Position numbers and translations under genes: made by a program. A DNA stretch of 64,000 bases from Gloeobacterales cyanobacterium (GTDB lineage: Bacteria; Cyanobacteriota; Cyanobacteriia; Gloeobacterales; Anthocerotibacteraceae): contig JBBRQP010000008.1 in assembly GCA_038226175.1 (NCBI GenBank), positions 2,711-66,710 of the forward strand, given 5' to 3'. Within the stretch, counting starts at the first letter, position 1, and every line of letters starts with the position of its first letter. Shown here piece by piece: positions 8,741-18,395 of the stretch. Under the pieces are notes generated by a model that saw only the letters and a program-made list of their open reading frames with translations, was not told the origin of the DNA and ran no database searches.

Positions 8741-9820
8741 TTAGGGAATGAAGCGTTGATAACTAAAATCTTCTAATTCTGGTACCGAGTTGCCGAGCAG
8801 TGCCTCAGCCAGACTTTTGGCTGTTTGTGGACTCAAGAGAATACCGTTACGATGATGTCCCGTGGCGAGCCAAAGATTTTTAAGTGCCGACCGACCCAAA
8901 ATTGGCCGTAAATCAGGCGTAGCAGGGCGAAAGCCAGACCAGGTTTCTACCTCTGACCAAGTTGCTGTTAGCGGTAACAGAGCGTGGGTTTGTTGACGTA
9001 AATAAGCCAATCCTTCAGCCGTCGTACCCGTCAAAAAACCGACATTTTCGAGAGTCGCTCCCACGACTAGCCGCCCATCCTGGCGTGGCACCAAATAAAT
9101 ACCTGCCTCCTGCCAAAATAAAACCTGGTTGAGCTGCTGATGCTTAGGCATTTGGAGGGCTAGCATCTGTCCCTTGAGCGCAAAGACGGGTAGATCTAAA
9201 AGCTGAGTTGACCAACTACCACAACACAACACATAGGTATCGGCCTGGAAATTTCCAAGCGTTGTCTCTATATAAGTGAGCGAGGTCTGGTTACTAACCA
9301 AGCGTTTAATCTCGCTTTGGTTGATGATCTCAACCGCCAAAGTTGCACAGGCTAAGGTTAGAGCCTTTAGTAACAAACGCGGGTCAACTTGACCATCTTC
9401 AGGATACCAATAACCACCTTTGATCACGCCCCCCAGACCAGAAATCATGGGTTCTAATTGTGCATAACTCTGCCAATCTATCCCTGTTTGTGTCTGATCA
9501 TGCAAGCTCAAAATCCCGCAAGGCCAGTAGCCAATACCTTGACCACTCAAATATTGTAATTTCTCTTGCCAAATTGGCCAAAGCGCACGACTAGCTAGAC
9601 TAAAATCTCGGAATTTTCCCTCTGGGATAGCTTCAGCTTGGGGTGCTAACATACCAGCGGCGGCTGTGGTTGCAAGACCTGTTTTGTGCGTCGTCAAAAC
9701 TTTGACCTTAGCCCCGCGCAGGGCTAGTTCGACGGCTACAGACAAGCCAATTACGCCACCACCCAAGACTAACGTGTCGGTCAAGGCTCGCCCTCGTGTC
9801 TTCTTCCCCAATTTTGGCAT
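8741..9820 (-). CDS. thiO: FAD-dependent glycine oxidase ThiO-like oxidoreductase
   Basis: It has the dinucleotide-binding motif VLGGGVIGLSVAVELALRG. At 359 aa it has DAO-family length and layout. Confidence 0.7.
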   Translation of the reverse strand: MPKLGKKTRGRALTDTLVLGGGVIGLSVAVELALRGAKVKVLTTHKTGLATTAAAGMLAPQAEAIPEGKFRDFSLASRALWPIWQEKLQYLSGQGIGYWPCGILSLHDQTQTGIDWQSYAQLEPMISGLGGVIKGGYWYPEDGQVDPRLLLKALTLACATLAVEIINQSEIKRLVSNQTSLTYIETTLGNFQADTYVLCCGSWSTQLLDLPVFALKGQMLALQMPKHQQLNQVLFWQEAGIYLVPRQDGRLVVGATLENVGFLTGTTAEGLAYLRQQTHALLPLTATWSEVETWSGFRPATPDLRPILGRSALKNLWLATGHHRNGILLSPQTAKSLAEALLGNSVPELEDFSYQRFIP

Positions 9821-9852
9821 AACCGGGTAAAGAGCCTTAGCGTCAGCAAAAA

Positions 9853-10074
9853 CTAATCTTCTGACCAGTCATCCGTCATGGTCAGTTCACCCACAGGACT
9901 CGTCAAGCAATAGTCATTGAGGCACAACTCATGGTAGATGCCTTGCCACTCAGCAGCAGAATAAAATTTGGCTAAATCAGCAATGGGTTGACGCTTGCTA
10001 ATGCGGCCATTTTTGACCAGACCTTGAGCTTCAGCACAAATCTCAGTCAAAGCAAAACGTACAGCTTGAACCAT
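9853..10074 (-). CDS. Hypothetical protein (73 aa)
   Basis: The call rests only on an ORF in a gene-dense context. I recognise no motif. Confidence 0.35.
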   Translation of the reverse strand: MVQAVRFALTEICAEAQGLVKNGRISKRQPIADLAKFYSAAEWQGIYHELCLNDYCLTSPVGELTMTDDWSED

Positions 10075-10158
10075 AACCCCTACTCAAAAAATTCTCTTGT
10101 TCTTAGTGTATACCCAAAATTTGCTGCATGATCAGCCTTTGTGTATCAGAAATTACAC

Positions 10159-10782
10159 TTATTCAGCTTGCTTGCGCATTTTAAGCTTTTGAGCCTGCTG
10201 GCGTGTCCAGCCAATTGCAATCAGACTTAGGCTCAGTAGCCCGCTCGCGCCCAATTTTAGCGGGTCAAGATTGGTTCCTAGATAATGAACGCCGACGATC
10301 AGAGTATGCAAAACAGCAAGTAGCGCAACAGGAATTATGAGTTGGTGTAAACGATACCAGTTACGCCCCAAAACGATCACGGCTTGGTTAAAACTAGTCA
10401 AAGCCAGCGGAATCATCAAAATTACGGACCCTATACCCAAACCAATCCCCGCTTGGAGCCACGGTACGAGAAATAAAATTCCTTCCCAACTTTCACCAAG
10501 ATTATGATCAACGGAACTAAAGGTATGGGTTACGGCAAAGCCAAACGTCAGTAACCCGAGCCAGCGGCGTTCGGAGCGCAATTGGGGTAGCCACTGTTGA
10601 GCCGAGGCTGCAAGTAGCAATAAGGCTAAACCTAGTAAGGCCAGATGTCCTTGGATTTCGCTAATACGCTGACCCCAGAGATGATCATCCACGCCAAACC
10701 AGTCAGCAATGACCAATCCGACCCAGGCTAAACCTAGGCTCAGTGAGAGTACCGGCCATAACCAGCGACGCACCAACTCCAT
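10159..10782 (-). CDS. Membrane protein with ferric-reductase/MsrQ-like transmembrane domain (putative)
   Basis: 207 aa, about 6 TM segments, with His residues inside TM helices (AVTHTF, AVLHTLIVGVHY) as in di-heme ferric reductase-type domains. It lies immediately downstream of a TonB-dependent receptor gene. Confidence 0.5.
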   Translation of the reverse strand: MELVRRWLWPVLSLSLGLAWVGLVIADWFGVDDHLWGQRISEIQGHLALLGLALLLLAASAQQWLPQLRSERRWLGLLTFGFAVTHTFSSVDHNLGESWEGILFLVPWLQAGIGLGIGSVILMIPLALTSFNQAVIVLGRNWYRLHQLIIPVALLAVLHTLIVGVHYLGTNLDPLKLGASGLLSLSLIAIGWTRQQAQKLKMRKQAE

Positions 10783-10827
10783 GACATCACGTAAGACTCG
10801 ACTGCTATCTTACAACCGATGCTTATG

Positions 10828-13182
10828 CTAAAAATGTGTTTCCACGCCTAGGGTGAAGTTTGCCGGGGGCGCACCATTACCGTAGTTGCGTTCGTAGGCA
10901 AGATTAGTCAAGTTATTGAGGAAACCATTCAGGGCAACATTAGGACTCAGAGGAATATGGAAGGTCAAGTCAAGAGTGAGATAGCCAGGTAACAAGGAGC
11001 CGGGAGCCAAGTAGCCAATATTAGGAATCAAATTGCCCGTTGGAAAGGTCGCCAGATCACCATTGGGTGTAAAACCAACGCTCGGCCCTAGGTGATAAGG
11101 GTCACTTGGGCGCAGACCCTGGAAATTACTAAATAGCGCGAACCGCCAGTCACCGGGAGAAGCAAAGGTAAACCCTAGTTGTCCGCTGTGATAAGGCACC
11201 AAGGGATACTGATTTTGGTCGAGTTCTGGTTTGAAACCTTGGGTAATCCGGGCATCGGTGTAGGTTTCTGTACCAAAAAATGTCCAACCGGGCGCAAACC
11301 GCCAATCGAAGCTCAACTCAAAACCCGTAAACTTAGTCTGTGGAAAATTGACCCTGACCAGATCACCTAGGGCATAGCCTTGATCAATGAGTCCTTGGTC
11401 TTGGGGAGCAATACTGCCATCTTGCAAAGGATTGATACGGTTGTAAGCAAGCAAATTTTGAATATCATTCACGAAATAGGCTCCACGCACCGTCAGATTA
11501 GGAGCGGCTTGCCAATCAAAGCCCACATCAAAGGTTGACCCCGATTCTGGAACCAGACCCGGATTACCTTGGATTTCGCCGTTGGCAAATAAGTCATTGA
11601 AATTGGGGGTTTTATAAACGCGGGCAAAGGAACTACGCAAGGCAAACTGAGGTGTAATACTCCACACGATACCTACACTTGGATCAAAGGAACCAGCATA
11701 GTTCAAGCTACTCTGACCAACAAAATAGGTTGTGCTATTAAAACTATAACTATTGGCAAAAGTTCCCCGAAAGCCTAAGGTCGCTGTGATATTATCTGTT
11801 AGCTTAAAAGTCCCGACACCAAATAAAGAAGGACGATTTACCTGAGCTGTAAAAGCAATATTTTGCGTCGCCCCGGGTGTAAGTAAATCTAGGGTGAAGG
11901 AACGCCCTGACTCACGAATAAAGTCAAAGCCATAGGTTAGGTTAATGCCTGGTGTCACTTGCCAGTCGTGTTGAATACGGGCATTGAGAACCGTGATTTG
12001 TGTGGTTTTATCTAGTTCACGAATAAAGTCAGAGTTGACATCGGTTTCGGTGGTAAATCCGGTATCATAGCCTAGCCGAATCTTTAGGTTAGAATCGTCC
12101 CCTTCACCAAGCTTGCGGTCTAAGGTAAACGCCGTCCCAAAATAGTCAATACGAATCTGAGGGCGCGTTTCGTCATTTAGACCCAATTCAGTTGCTGTAC
12201 AAAAAGGATCTTGGATACAGCCAGAGTTACCCGAAGTTTGGATGGCAGTACGCGGGTCTACCAGAGAAAATAAGTTAACGCCCCGAATACCCCGGCGCAG
12301 ATAGGTAGTTGATTTTAGGGTCGTGCGCTGATCAATATCCCAATCAAAATTAACCCCAAAAGTCGAGCTGCTGACTTCACCACCGGGACGAATCCCCGTC
12401 AGCGTCTGAGCCGGATAATTAACCCCAAACAGGGTGCGGTCATCGCGGTTTACTTGATAGGCATAATTATTATTACTATTAAACGTAGTGGCAAATAAGG
12501 CATAGCGGAAATTATCACTTAGTGGCCCGCCGATACGCGCACTATATTGACTAAAGCCATAACTCCCAAAGGTCACATTACTATCGACTTCAAATTTTTT
12601 GGGTGTGGTGCGCGGAATAATATTAATTGCGCCGCCGACTGCCGTACTGCCATAAAGGACTGAAGATGCGCCCCCTTTGAGGACTTCGATGCGTTCGATA
12701 TCATAAACGGGTAACTCTGCTAAGTCTACGTGCTCTTGATTGAGGTTATTTACCGAACGTCCGTCAATCAGTAACCCAGTACTAGTCGTCGGCAAACCCC
12801 GAATAAAGTAAGTGCTATGCACATCTTCGCCCGCTCCCCACATATTGCTCACTACCCCTGGCACACCGCGCAAAGCGTCCCCCACCTGACGTGAGCCCTT
12901 ACGCTCAATTTCTTGGGTATTGACCACATAGATACTGCTGGTGGTCTCACGGGCTTTGACTTTGCGTCCGAGGCTCGCAGTAACCGTGACTTCATCCAAA
13001 ATATCTACAGGTTCGTCATCTTGATCAGCATCAGCTACCAGATTAGGTAGCGGTTTACCACCCTGTGCTAACGTCAAATCCTTAGCCTGAGAAGAAATAG
13101 ACGGAACTGGAACAGCGGTTTGTGACTGCACGCCTAAGACATTTGCCCATACCAAAAGAGCTACCAAACCACTTCGCGACAT
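10828..13182 (-). CDS. TonB-dependent outer-membrane receptor
   Basis: 784 aa with a signal peptide. The plug region reads EIERKGSRQVGDALRGVPGV...IRGL...DGR...IERIEVLKGGASSVLYGS. A long beta-barrel follows, ending in a terminal aromatic (..VETHF). Confidence 0.9.
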   Translation of the reverse strand: MSRSGLVALLVWANVLGVQSQTAVPVPSISSQAKDLTLAQGGKPLPNLVADADQDDEPVDILDEVTVTASLGRKVKARETTSSIYVVNTQEIERKGSRQVGDALRGVPGVVSNMWGAGEDVHSTYFIRGLPTTSTGLLIDGRSVNNLNQEHVDLAELPVYDIERIEVLKGGASSVLYGSTAVGGAINIIPRTTPKKFEVDSNVTFGSYGFSQYSARIGGPLSDNFRYALFATTFNSNNNYAYQVNRDDRTLFGVNYPAQTLTGIRPGGEVSSSTFGVNFDWDIDQRTTLKSTTYLRRGIRGVNLFSLVDPRTAIQTSGNSGCIQDPFCTATELGLNDETRPQIRIDYFGTAFTLDRKLGEGDDSNLKIRLGYDTGFTTETDVNSDFIRELDKTTQITVLNARIQHDWQVTPGINLTYGFDFIRESGRSFTLDLLTPGATQNIAFTAQVNRPSLFGVGTFKLTDNITATLGFRGTFANSYSFNSTTYFVGQSSLNYAGSFDPSVGIVWSITPQFALRSSFARVYKTPNFNDLFANGEIQGNPGLVPESGSTFDVGFDWQAAPNLTVRGAYFVNDIQNLLAYNRINPLQDGSIAPQDQGLIDQGYALGDLVRVNFPQTKFTGFELSFDWRFAPGWTFFGTETYTDARITQGFKPELDQNQYPLVPYHSGQLGFTFASPGDWRFALFSNFQGLRPSDPYHLGPSVGFTPNGDLATFPTGNLIPNIGYLAPGSLLPGYLTLDLTFHIPLSPNVALNGFLNNLTNLAYERNYGNGAPPANFTLGVETHF

Positions 13183-13211
13183 GACACACCCTCAGAGATG
13201 AAAACGAGTCC

Positions 13212-13271
13212 GAGAACAAGAATGATTCTCAAAATCTCTGGTTACTATAACATGTCTACCCAGCTTGGCAA
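13212..13271 (-). promoter_or_regulatory. Putative sigma70-type promoter with overlapping Fur-box-like palindrome for the TonB-dependent receptor gene
   Basis: On the minus strand: TTGCCA (13271-13266), a 16-nt spacer, TATAGT (13249-13244), then GAGAATCATTCTTGTTCTC (13230-13212), which contains the 5-1-5 palindrome AGAAT-N-ATTCT. A GAGGG Shine-Dalgarno sequence precedes the ATG at 13182. Confidence 0.4.
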
Positions 13272-13325
13272 GTTAAGGCTCAGGTTTGAACCTCAACTCT
13301 TCGCCCGACGATCCCCCCTTTCCTT

Positions 13326-13979
13326 TTAACTGCGCGCCTTGATCACTGCCATACGCGCCCGAAAAGCCGCTAAATCCGCCGCCTTAGGCTCGGTTTGCAC
13401 CCACGAGTCCCGCCCAGATAGCCGCTTACTCCACTGCTGTAACCGTGGGTAGTCATCCAACAATACCTGTACTCCCGGCAAGCGTGGCACTACAGTTCCC
13501 GCTACCACCTCGGCTAGGGTAAACTGTTCTCCCGCAAAGTAGGGTTGATCCCCAAGCAGACTCTCAAAAAAGGCAAGTACCGTCGTGATGCGCTGACGAG
13601 CTTCCTGAGCCGTGGCTTGCTCGATCACTGCACCCATATTTTGGCGAATAAGCATCCCAAAAGGTGGTACTAGTTCATTAATTGTGACCATTTCCACCAT
13701 GCGTACCACAGCCACAGCCTTGGGTTCGGTCGGCAGCAGGGCTGGTGAAGGGTAACGTGCCTCTAGGTAGTCAAGGATCGCTAGGGACTCCAACACCCGT
13801 ACCTCACCATCTAGCAAAAGTGGGATGTGATGAAAAGGGTTGAGCGTAAGAAAATCTGGTTGGAACTGGTCGCCATCTAATCGCATCTCGATAGTTTCAA
13901 AGGTTAGCCCTTTTTCTAGCAGGGCAATCAGGATACGGCGTGAGTTGAAGGAGACCGTCAAGTGGTAGAGCGTGATCAT
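13326..13979 (-). CDS. Glutathione S-transferase
   Basis: The N-terminal thioredoxin-like fold has HIPLLLDGEVRVLESLAILDYL (a cis-Pro plus ES motif), followed by an alpha-helical C-terminal domain. 217 aa. Confidence 0.85.
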   Translation of the reverse strand: MITLYHLTVSFNSRRILIALLEKGLTFETIEMRLDGDQFQPDFLTLNPFHHIPLLLDGEVRVLESLAILDYLEARYPSPALLPTEPKAVAVVRMVEMVTINELVPPFGMLIRQNMGAVIEQATAQEARQRITTVLAFFESLLGDQPYFAGEQFTLAEVVAGTVVPRLPGVQVLLDDYPRLQQWSKRLSGRDSWVQTEPKAADLAAFRARMAVIKARS

Positions 13980-14122
13980 GGAAATCCTTGATATCTGGCA
14001 GGTTTATTCTATCTCTGTGTTCTTTTGCAGACTTCACCCGCTAATTCCCAATTTGCTAGTCCTTTTCACCAAAATCAAAAGCTGTAATATCATGAAAAAT
14101 GAAAAGAAAATGAAAGTTTACA

Positions 14123-16294
14123 ATGACCCCACTGCTGCTTTTGCCTCTCGCCAAGATTACTATTGCCATAGTTCTAAGTGTAGCTTTTACCACCACCAGT
14201 CAAGCACAGCCTTTACCAAAGCCAGAAGTTATCTCAACCCGTGCTGCCGATTTGTTAGCACAATCACCTAATAACGAGAGTGCTCTAGATGACGACGAAA
14301 ATGTTGATCTGCTCGCTGAGTTTACGATCACAGGTAGTCAAGTACGTAGACCCCGTAGTGAAACGACAACGCCAGTTTATGTAATTGATCGCGCTGAGAT
14401 CGAACAAAAAGGTGCCCGAACTTTGGGGGATGTCATTCGCAATACGCCAGGGGTAACCTCCAATATTTCTGGGGCCGGTTCAGATGTTCATAATGGCTAT
14501 TTTATTCGAGGTTTACCGACAACGAGTACAGCAATCTTAGTCGATGGCAGACCTATTACCAACCTCAATCAAGAACACTATGATCCCGGTGAGATTTCGA
14601 TTTTTGAAGCGGAACGTGTTGAAGTTATGCCCAGTGGCGGCACGACGCTTTATGGCAGTACTGCACTCGGTGGCGTCATCAATGTCATTACCCGCCAACC
14701 CACTAAACCTGCTGAAGTTGTGGCAAGTACCGAATTTGGTAGTTATGGTTATAGCAAATACTCAGCCAGTTATCGGGGTAAGAGTGGCTCTTGGCTCTAC
14801 AGTCTGTCTACTGAAAACTTTAATACGCTCAATAATTTCCCCTACGAAGTCGAGCGACCTACAGGCACCTTACGTGGTATCAGACCCGGAGGCGATGTCA
14901 ATAGTCGCAGCTATCAGGGTAAACTAGGCTATGAGTTGGATTCGCGTAATACTTTAACGCTATCCGGTATCTTGCAAAACAGTTACAAAGGTATCTCTCC
15001 TGTCTCAATTATCGATGACCGCCAAAATGTCTATAACGGTCTTAGTGCCGATCAGTTAGGTCTCAATGATGATCATAAGTCTCGCTTAAATACTGATAGT
15101 TACGGTCTGGCTTTGACCTGGGATAGCAAGTTAGGTAAGGGTGATGATTCACAACTGCAAACTCGTATCTCACTAGACCGTGCTCTCAACCGTGAAGTTG
15201 CCGCTGGTGGCGAAGATTTTAGGACAGAAATTTATCTTTTGGGGATACGCTCCAGTCATAGTTGGCAACTAAATCCCAACTGGCGCATCACCTATGGTTT
15301 TGATTACCTCAAAGAAATGGGACGCTCAGAAGTCCTCAGTAGTAATGAACTCGACTATGATACGAGCTTAGAGCGTCCTGCACTCTTTGTCCTCAATGAT
15401 GTCAAACTAACCAGTAATCTGTTTTTGTCGGCAGGGGGACGCTATAGCTTGACCGACAAATACGGCAACTCCCTTGACCCAAACCTTGGTTTACGCTGGC
15501 AAATGACCCCAACCTTTGCCTTGCGCACTAATTTTAATCGGGGTTTTAAGGCTCCCAATTTCCATGATTTATTTGGCAAAACTGTCCATAAAGGCAACCC
15601 CAATCTCTTGCCAGAACGCGGCTCTTTTTGGGATGCGGGTGTGGATTGGCAACCTAGTCCAAAAACAAACTTGGGTGTTACAGGATTTATCTCAGATGTT
15701 CGTAATCTCGCCTCCTTAAGTTTGGTTGACCCGCGCCAGCCCGATTTTGCCGAATTTACGGCGCTAGGTTATGTCAATGGTGACCGGGTACGGGTTAATT
15801 ACCCCTCGGTTTATAATTCTGGTTTTGAGATGAGCTTTGACTGGCAACTCAGTCCAAACTGGAAATTTTTCTTGACAGAAACTTATACCGATGCCCGGAT
15901 TATTAACTCGGGACGGCCTGAGATTGATCAAACTCAATACGCCTTAGTTCCTTTTCATATGGGCAGAGTCGGATTTAGCTACGAAGAGCCCATCGGATTT
16001 CGAGCAGCTTTATTTACCAATTTTGTAGGACAACGCTCCGTTGATACCTATCATGTGGGGCCTGCCGATGTTGAAGTAGATCCGGGGATATTTATTTCTC
16101 AAGTTGCCAAGTTACCCACAGGCAGCACGATTCCTGGCTATATGACCTTAGATTTATCCCTACGCTTCCCATTGGCCTCGGGGCTAATTTTGAATGCTTA
16201 TATAGATAATTTGCTCAATACTTATTACGAGCGTTCCTACGGCGGTCCAGCGCCGGGGACTAACTTTCGAGTCGGGCTAACTTCGACTTTCTAA
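14123..16294 (+). CDS. TonB-dependent outer-membrane receptor (paralog of 10828-13182)
   Basis: 723 aa. Its plug motifs align collinearly with the other receptor (EIEQKGARTLGDVIRNTPGV, FIRGLPTTST, VERVEVMPSGGTTLYGS), and it ends in a terminal F. Confidence 0.9.
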   Translation: MTPLLLLPLAKITIAIVLSVAFTTTSQAQPLPKPEVISTRAADLLAQSPNNESALDDDENVDLLAEFTITGSQVRRPRSETTTPVYVIDRAEIEQKGARTLGDVIRNTPGVTSNISGAGSDVHNGYFIRGLPTTSTAILVDGRPITNLNQEHYDPGEISIFEAERVEVMPSGGTTLYGSTALGGVINVITRQPTKPAEVVASTEFGSYGYSKYSASYRGKSGSWLYSLSTENFNTLNNFPYEVERPTGTLRGIRPGGDVNSRSYQGKLGYELDSRNTLTLSGILQNSYKGISPVSIIDDRQNVYNGLSADQLGLNDDHKSRLNTDSYGLALTWDSKLGKGDDSQLQTRISLDRALNREVAAGGEDFRTEIYLLGIRSSHSWQLNPNWRITYGFDYLKEMGRSEVLSSNELDYDTSLERPALFVLNDVKLTSNLFLSAGGRYSLTDKYGNSLDPNLGLRWQMTPTFALRTNFNRGFKAPNFHDLFGKTVHKGNPNLLPERGSFWDAGVDWQPSPKTNLGVTGFISDVRNLASLSLVDPRQPDFAEFTALGYVNGDRVRVNYPSVYNSGFEMSFDWQLSPNWKFFLTETYTDARIINSGRPEIDQTQYALVPFHMGRVGFSYEEPIGFRAALFTNFVGQRSVDTYHVGPADVEVDPGIFISQVAKLPTGSTIPGYMTLDLSLRFPLASGLILNAYIDNLLNTYYERSYGGPAPGTNFRVGLTSTF

Positions 16295-16295
16295 T

Positions 16296-17174
16296 TTAGG
16301 CCAGTAAATATTTTTGCAGGAGCGGAGCCAATTTTTGGGCTGTAGCCACAGGGATCTGGTCAATCGGTGTGAGTAAAGCATTTTTGAGCGCAGAGTGAGC
16401 CGCACAGACGGGTAGGCTAACGCCAAGACGTGGGATTACGGCTGCGAGAATACGCTGGGCAAGGGTAACATTTTGATGCAGATAGGCCATAATTTGTTCG
16501 ACTGTGACCGCGCCATGATCCGGGTGCCAACAGTCATAGTCCGTGACCCAAGCTAGCGTACTGTAGGCAATTTCCGCCTCACGGCTGAGTTTGGCTTCTT
16601 GCACATTGGTCATGCCAATCACCTCCATGCCCCAACGCCGATAAACCATCGACTCGGCATAGGTCGAAAAAGCCGGGCCTTCCATACATAAATATGTTCC
16701 CCCTTGATGAACCTGCGCACTTCCTAACTCTAATTGCTGACAAGTTTCACTAATTAGCGCAACTAATTCGAGACTTATCGGCTGGGCAAAACTAACATGG
16801 GCGACAACGCCATCACCAAAAAATGTCGATGGACGTTGGCGCGTCCAATCAAAAAACTGATCTACCAAAACCAAGTCACCGGGACGATAGTTTTCTTGTA
16901 GAGAACCAACTGCTGAAACTGCCAAGATATAGGATACGCCTAGGGTTTTGAGCGCGTAAATATTCGCTCGATAAGGAACTTCGGTGGGTAAAAGCTGATG
17001 ATGACGACCATGGCGCGGCAAAAAAGCGGCCGTGATCCCGTCAATTTCACCTAAAACCAGTTGATCTGAGGGTTTCCCAAAGGGCGTTGTAATATCGACG
17101 TGCCGTATATTTGTGAGCCCCGGCATCTGATATAAACCACTACCGCCAATAACTGCAATCTGAGCTTGGGTCAT
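16296..17174 (-). CDS. mtnP: S-methyl-5'-thioadenosine phosphorylase
   Basis: It has IGGSGLY at the N-terminus, RHGRHH, and GMT..E PNP/MTAP family motifs. 292 aa. Confidence 0.9.
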   Translation of the reverse strand: MTQAQIAVIGGSGLYQMPGLTNIRHVDITTPFGKPSDQLVLGEIDGITAAFLPRHGRHHQLLPTEVPYRANIYALKTLGVSYILAVSAVGSLQENYRPGDLVLVDQFFDWTRQRPSTFFGDGVVAHVSFAQPISLELVALISETCQQLELGSAQVHQGGTYLCMEGPAFSTYAESMVYRRWGMEVIGMTNVQEAKLSREAEIAYSTLAWVTDYDCWHPDHGAVTVEQIMAYLHQNVTLAQRILAAVIPRLGVSLPVCAAHSALKNALLTPIDQIPVATAQKLAPLLQKYLLA

Positions 17175-17331
17175 ATTCTCACTCCCGGTTATCTGAGTTC
17201 AATTGTGCTGTGTCAGGGGTAACTTAGAACAAAATACCGATAGTCTTTCACAAATCGAATCGTCAATATAGGAGCGACTACAAACATAGAATTAGCCAAA
17301 AAGGCATAAAAAGGATGTATTATTCATTAAT

Positions 17332-18063
17332 ATGAAGGAATTTACCCTCTACCCGCAAGCACCTATTACAGAAGCAATAATTGACTTTCAGGTGCAGCTA
17401 CCTGAAAACAGCAACCTTGATCAACTTTTAAGAGTAAGAGATTTTACTAAAACCGACTACCCTGTGCAGCAGTCATTGGAACAAATTAGTGGACAGATAG
17501 GCCAGGTTGTCAGTCTTGAAAAGTCTCACGTTGGCTATCAATTTTCTAACGCAGACAATAAGCAAGTATTTCGGGCTACTCTTAGAGGATTTTCATTCCA
17601 CCGACTTGCTCCGTACAGTGGCTGGGCATTATTCAAAAATGAAGCTCATCGGTTATGGACTATTTACAAAAAATCACTCACACCATTCATGATAAAAAGA
17701 GTAAGTCTACGGTATGTCAACCATTTAAATTTACCTTTGCAAATAGACGGCTCTCTAAATTTTCAGGACTATCTTACTGTGGTGCCCCCTGTACCTACCT
17801 CTATTTCCCAAGGCGTCAGCAGCTACCTTATCCAACTCCTACTGCCTCAACCAGAGATTGAAAGCATGTTGATGCTCAATCATGCGGTTGTTGAGTCGCC
17901 AAATCCAGATTTTGTCTCTGTCGTTCTAGATATTGAGATTTATCACGAAAAAGATATGGACAATGGGCAACAGGTTTGGGATATTTTAGAGTTATGCCGT
18001 AACCGCAAAAATCAAGTTTTTGAGGAATGCATCACCGACCAAACTAGGGAGCTTTTTAAATGA
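17332..18063 (+). CDS. Uncharacterised protein, TIGR04255-like (assignment from memory of the N-terminal signature)
   Basis: 243 aa. The N-terminal YPQAPITEAIIDFQV resembles the Y-x-x-AP-[IL]-x-E-[AV] start of the TIGR04255 family. It is AT-rich, and its stop overlaps the next ATG (ATGA at 18060-18063). Confidence 0.55.
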   Translation: MKEFTLYPQAPITEAIIDFQVQLPENSNLDQLLRVRDFTKTDYPVQQSLEQISGQIGQVVSLEKSHVGYQFSNADNKQVFRATLRGFSFHRLAPYSGWALFKNEAHRLWTIYKKSLTPFMIKRVSLRYVNHLNLPLQIDGSLNFQDYLTVVPPVPTSISQGVSSYLIQLLLPQPEIESMLMLNHAVVESPNPDFVSVVLDIEIYHEKDMDNGQQVWDILELCRNRKNQVFEECITDQTRELFK

Positions 18064-18392
18064 GCTTATACTATCCTTCCCTTCCTGCACATGCTGACCC
18101 GTTTAAGTGGCATCGCCAAGAAATCTCTTTACATAGCTTAGAAGGTAAAGCTTTACAAAATAAAGAGCGTACAGCTTTCTTTGATACTCAAAAAACAGCC
18201 TGTGGCACTGCTACTAAGCATTTTTTTAGGGTTGTTGAAAGCGAAGTCTCTGTTGAAAAAGTAGTAGATGAAGACGACTTTTCGTATAACTCTATACCTG
18301 CTAAAGAAAGACGATTTATCAATGTGCGATTTGTTCATCGAGGGCGTAGGCTCGCCAAGCCCTATAGCCTAGAAGATGAAAATGAAGAATGA
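18060..18392 (+). CDS. Hypothetical protein (110 aa), middle gene of the cassette
   Basis: It is translationally coupled on both sides. It has a basic patch (RFVHRGRRLAKP) followed by an acidic tail (LEDENEE). I recognise no domain. Confidence 0.5.
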   Translation: MSLYYPSLPAHADPFKWHRQEISLHSLEGKALQNKERTAFFDTQKTACGTATKHFFRVVESEVSVEKVVDEDDFSYNSIPAKERRFINVRFVHRGRRLAKPYSLEDENEE

Positions 18393-18395
18393 CCC

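Noticed and set aside
13972-14271. 99-aa ORF overlapping the start of the second TonB-dependent receptor.
   Set aside because: It is in a different frame from the strongly supported receptor CDS, has a low-complexity sequence and spans the promoter region. It is likely spurious.
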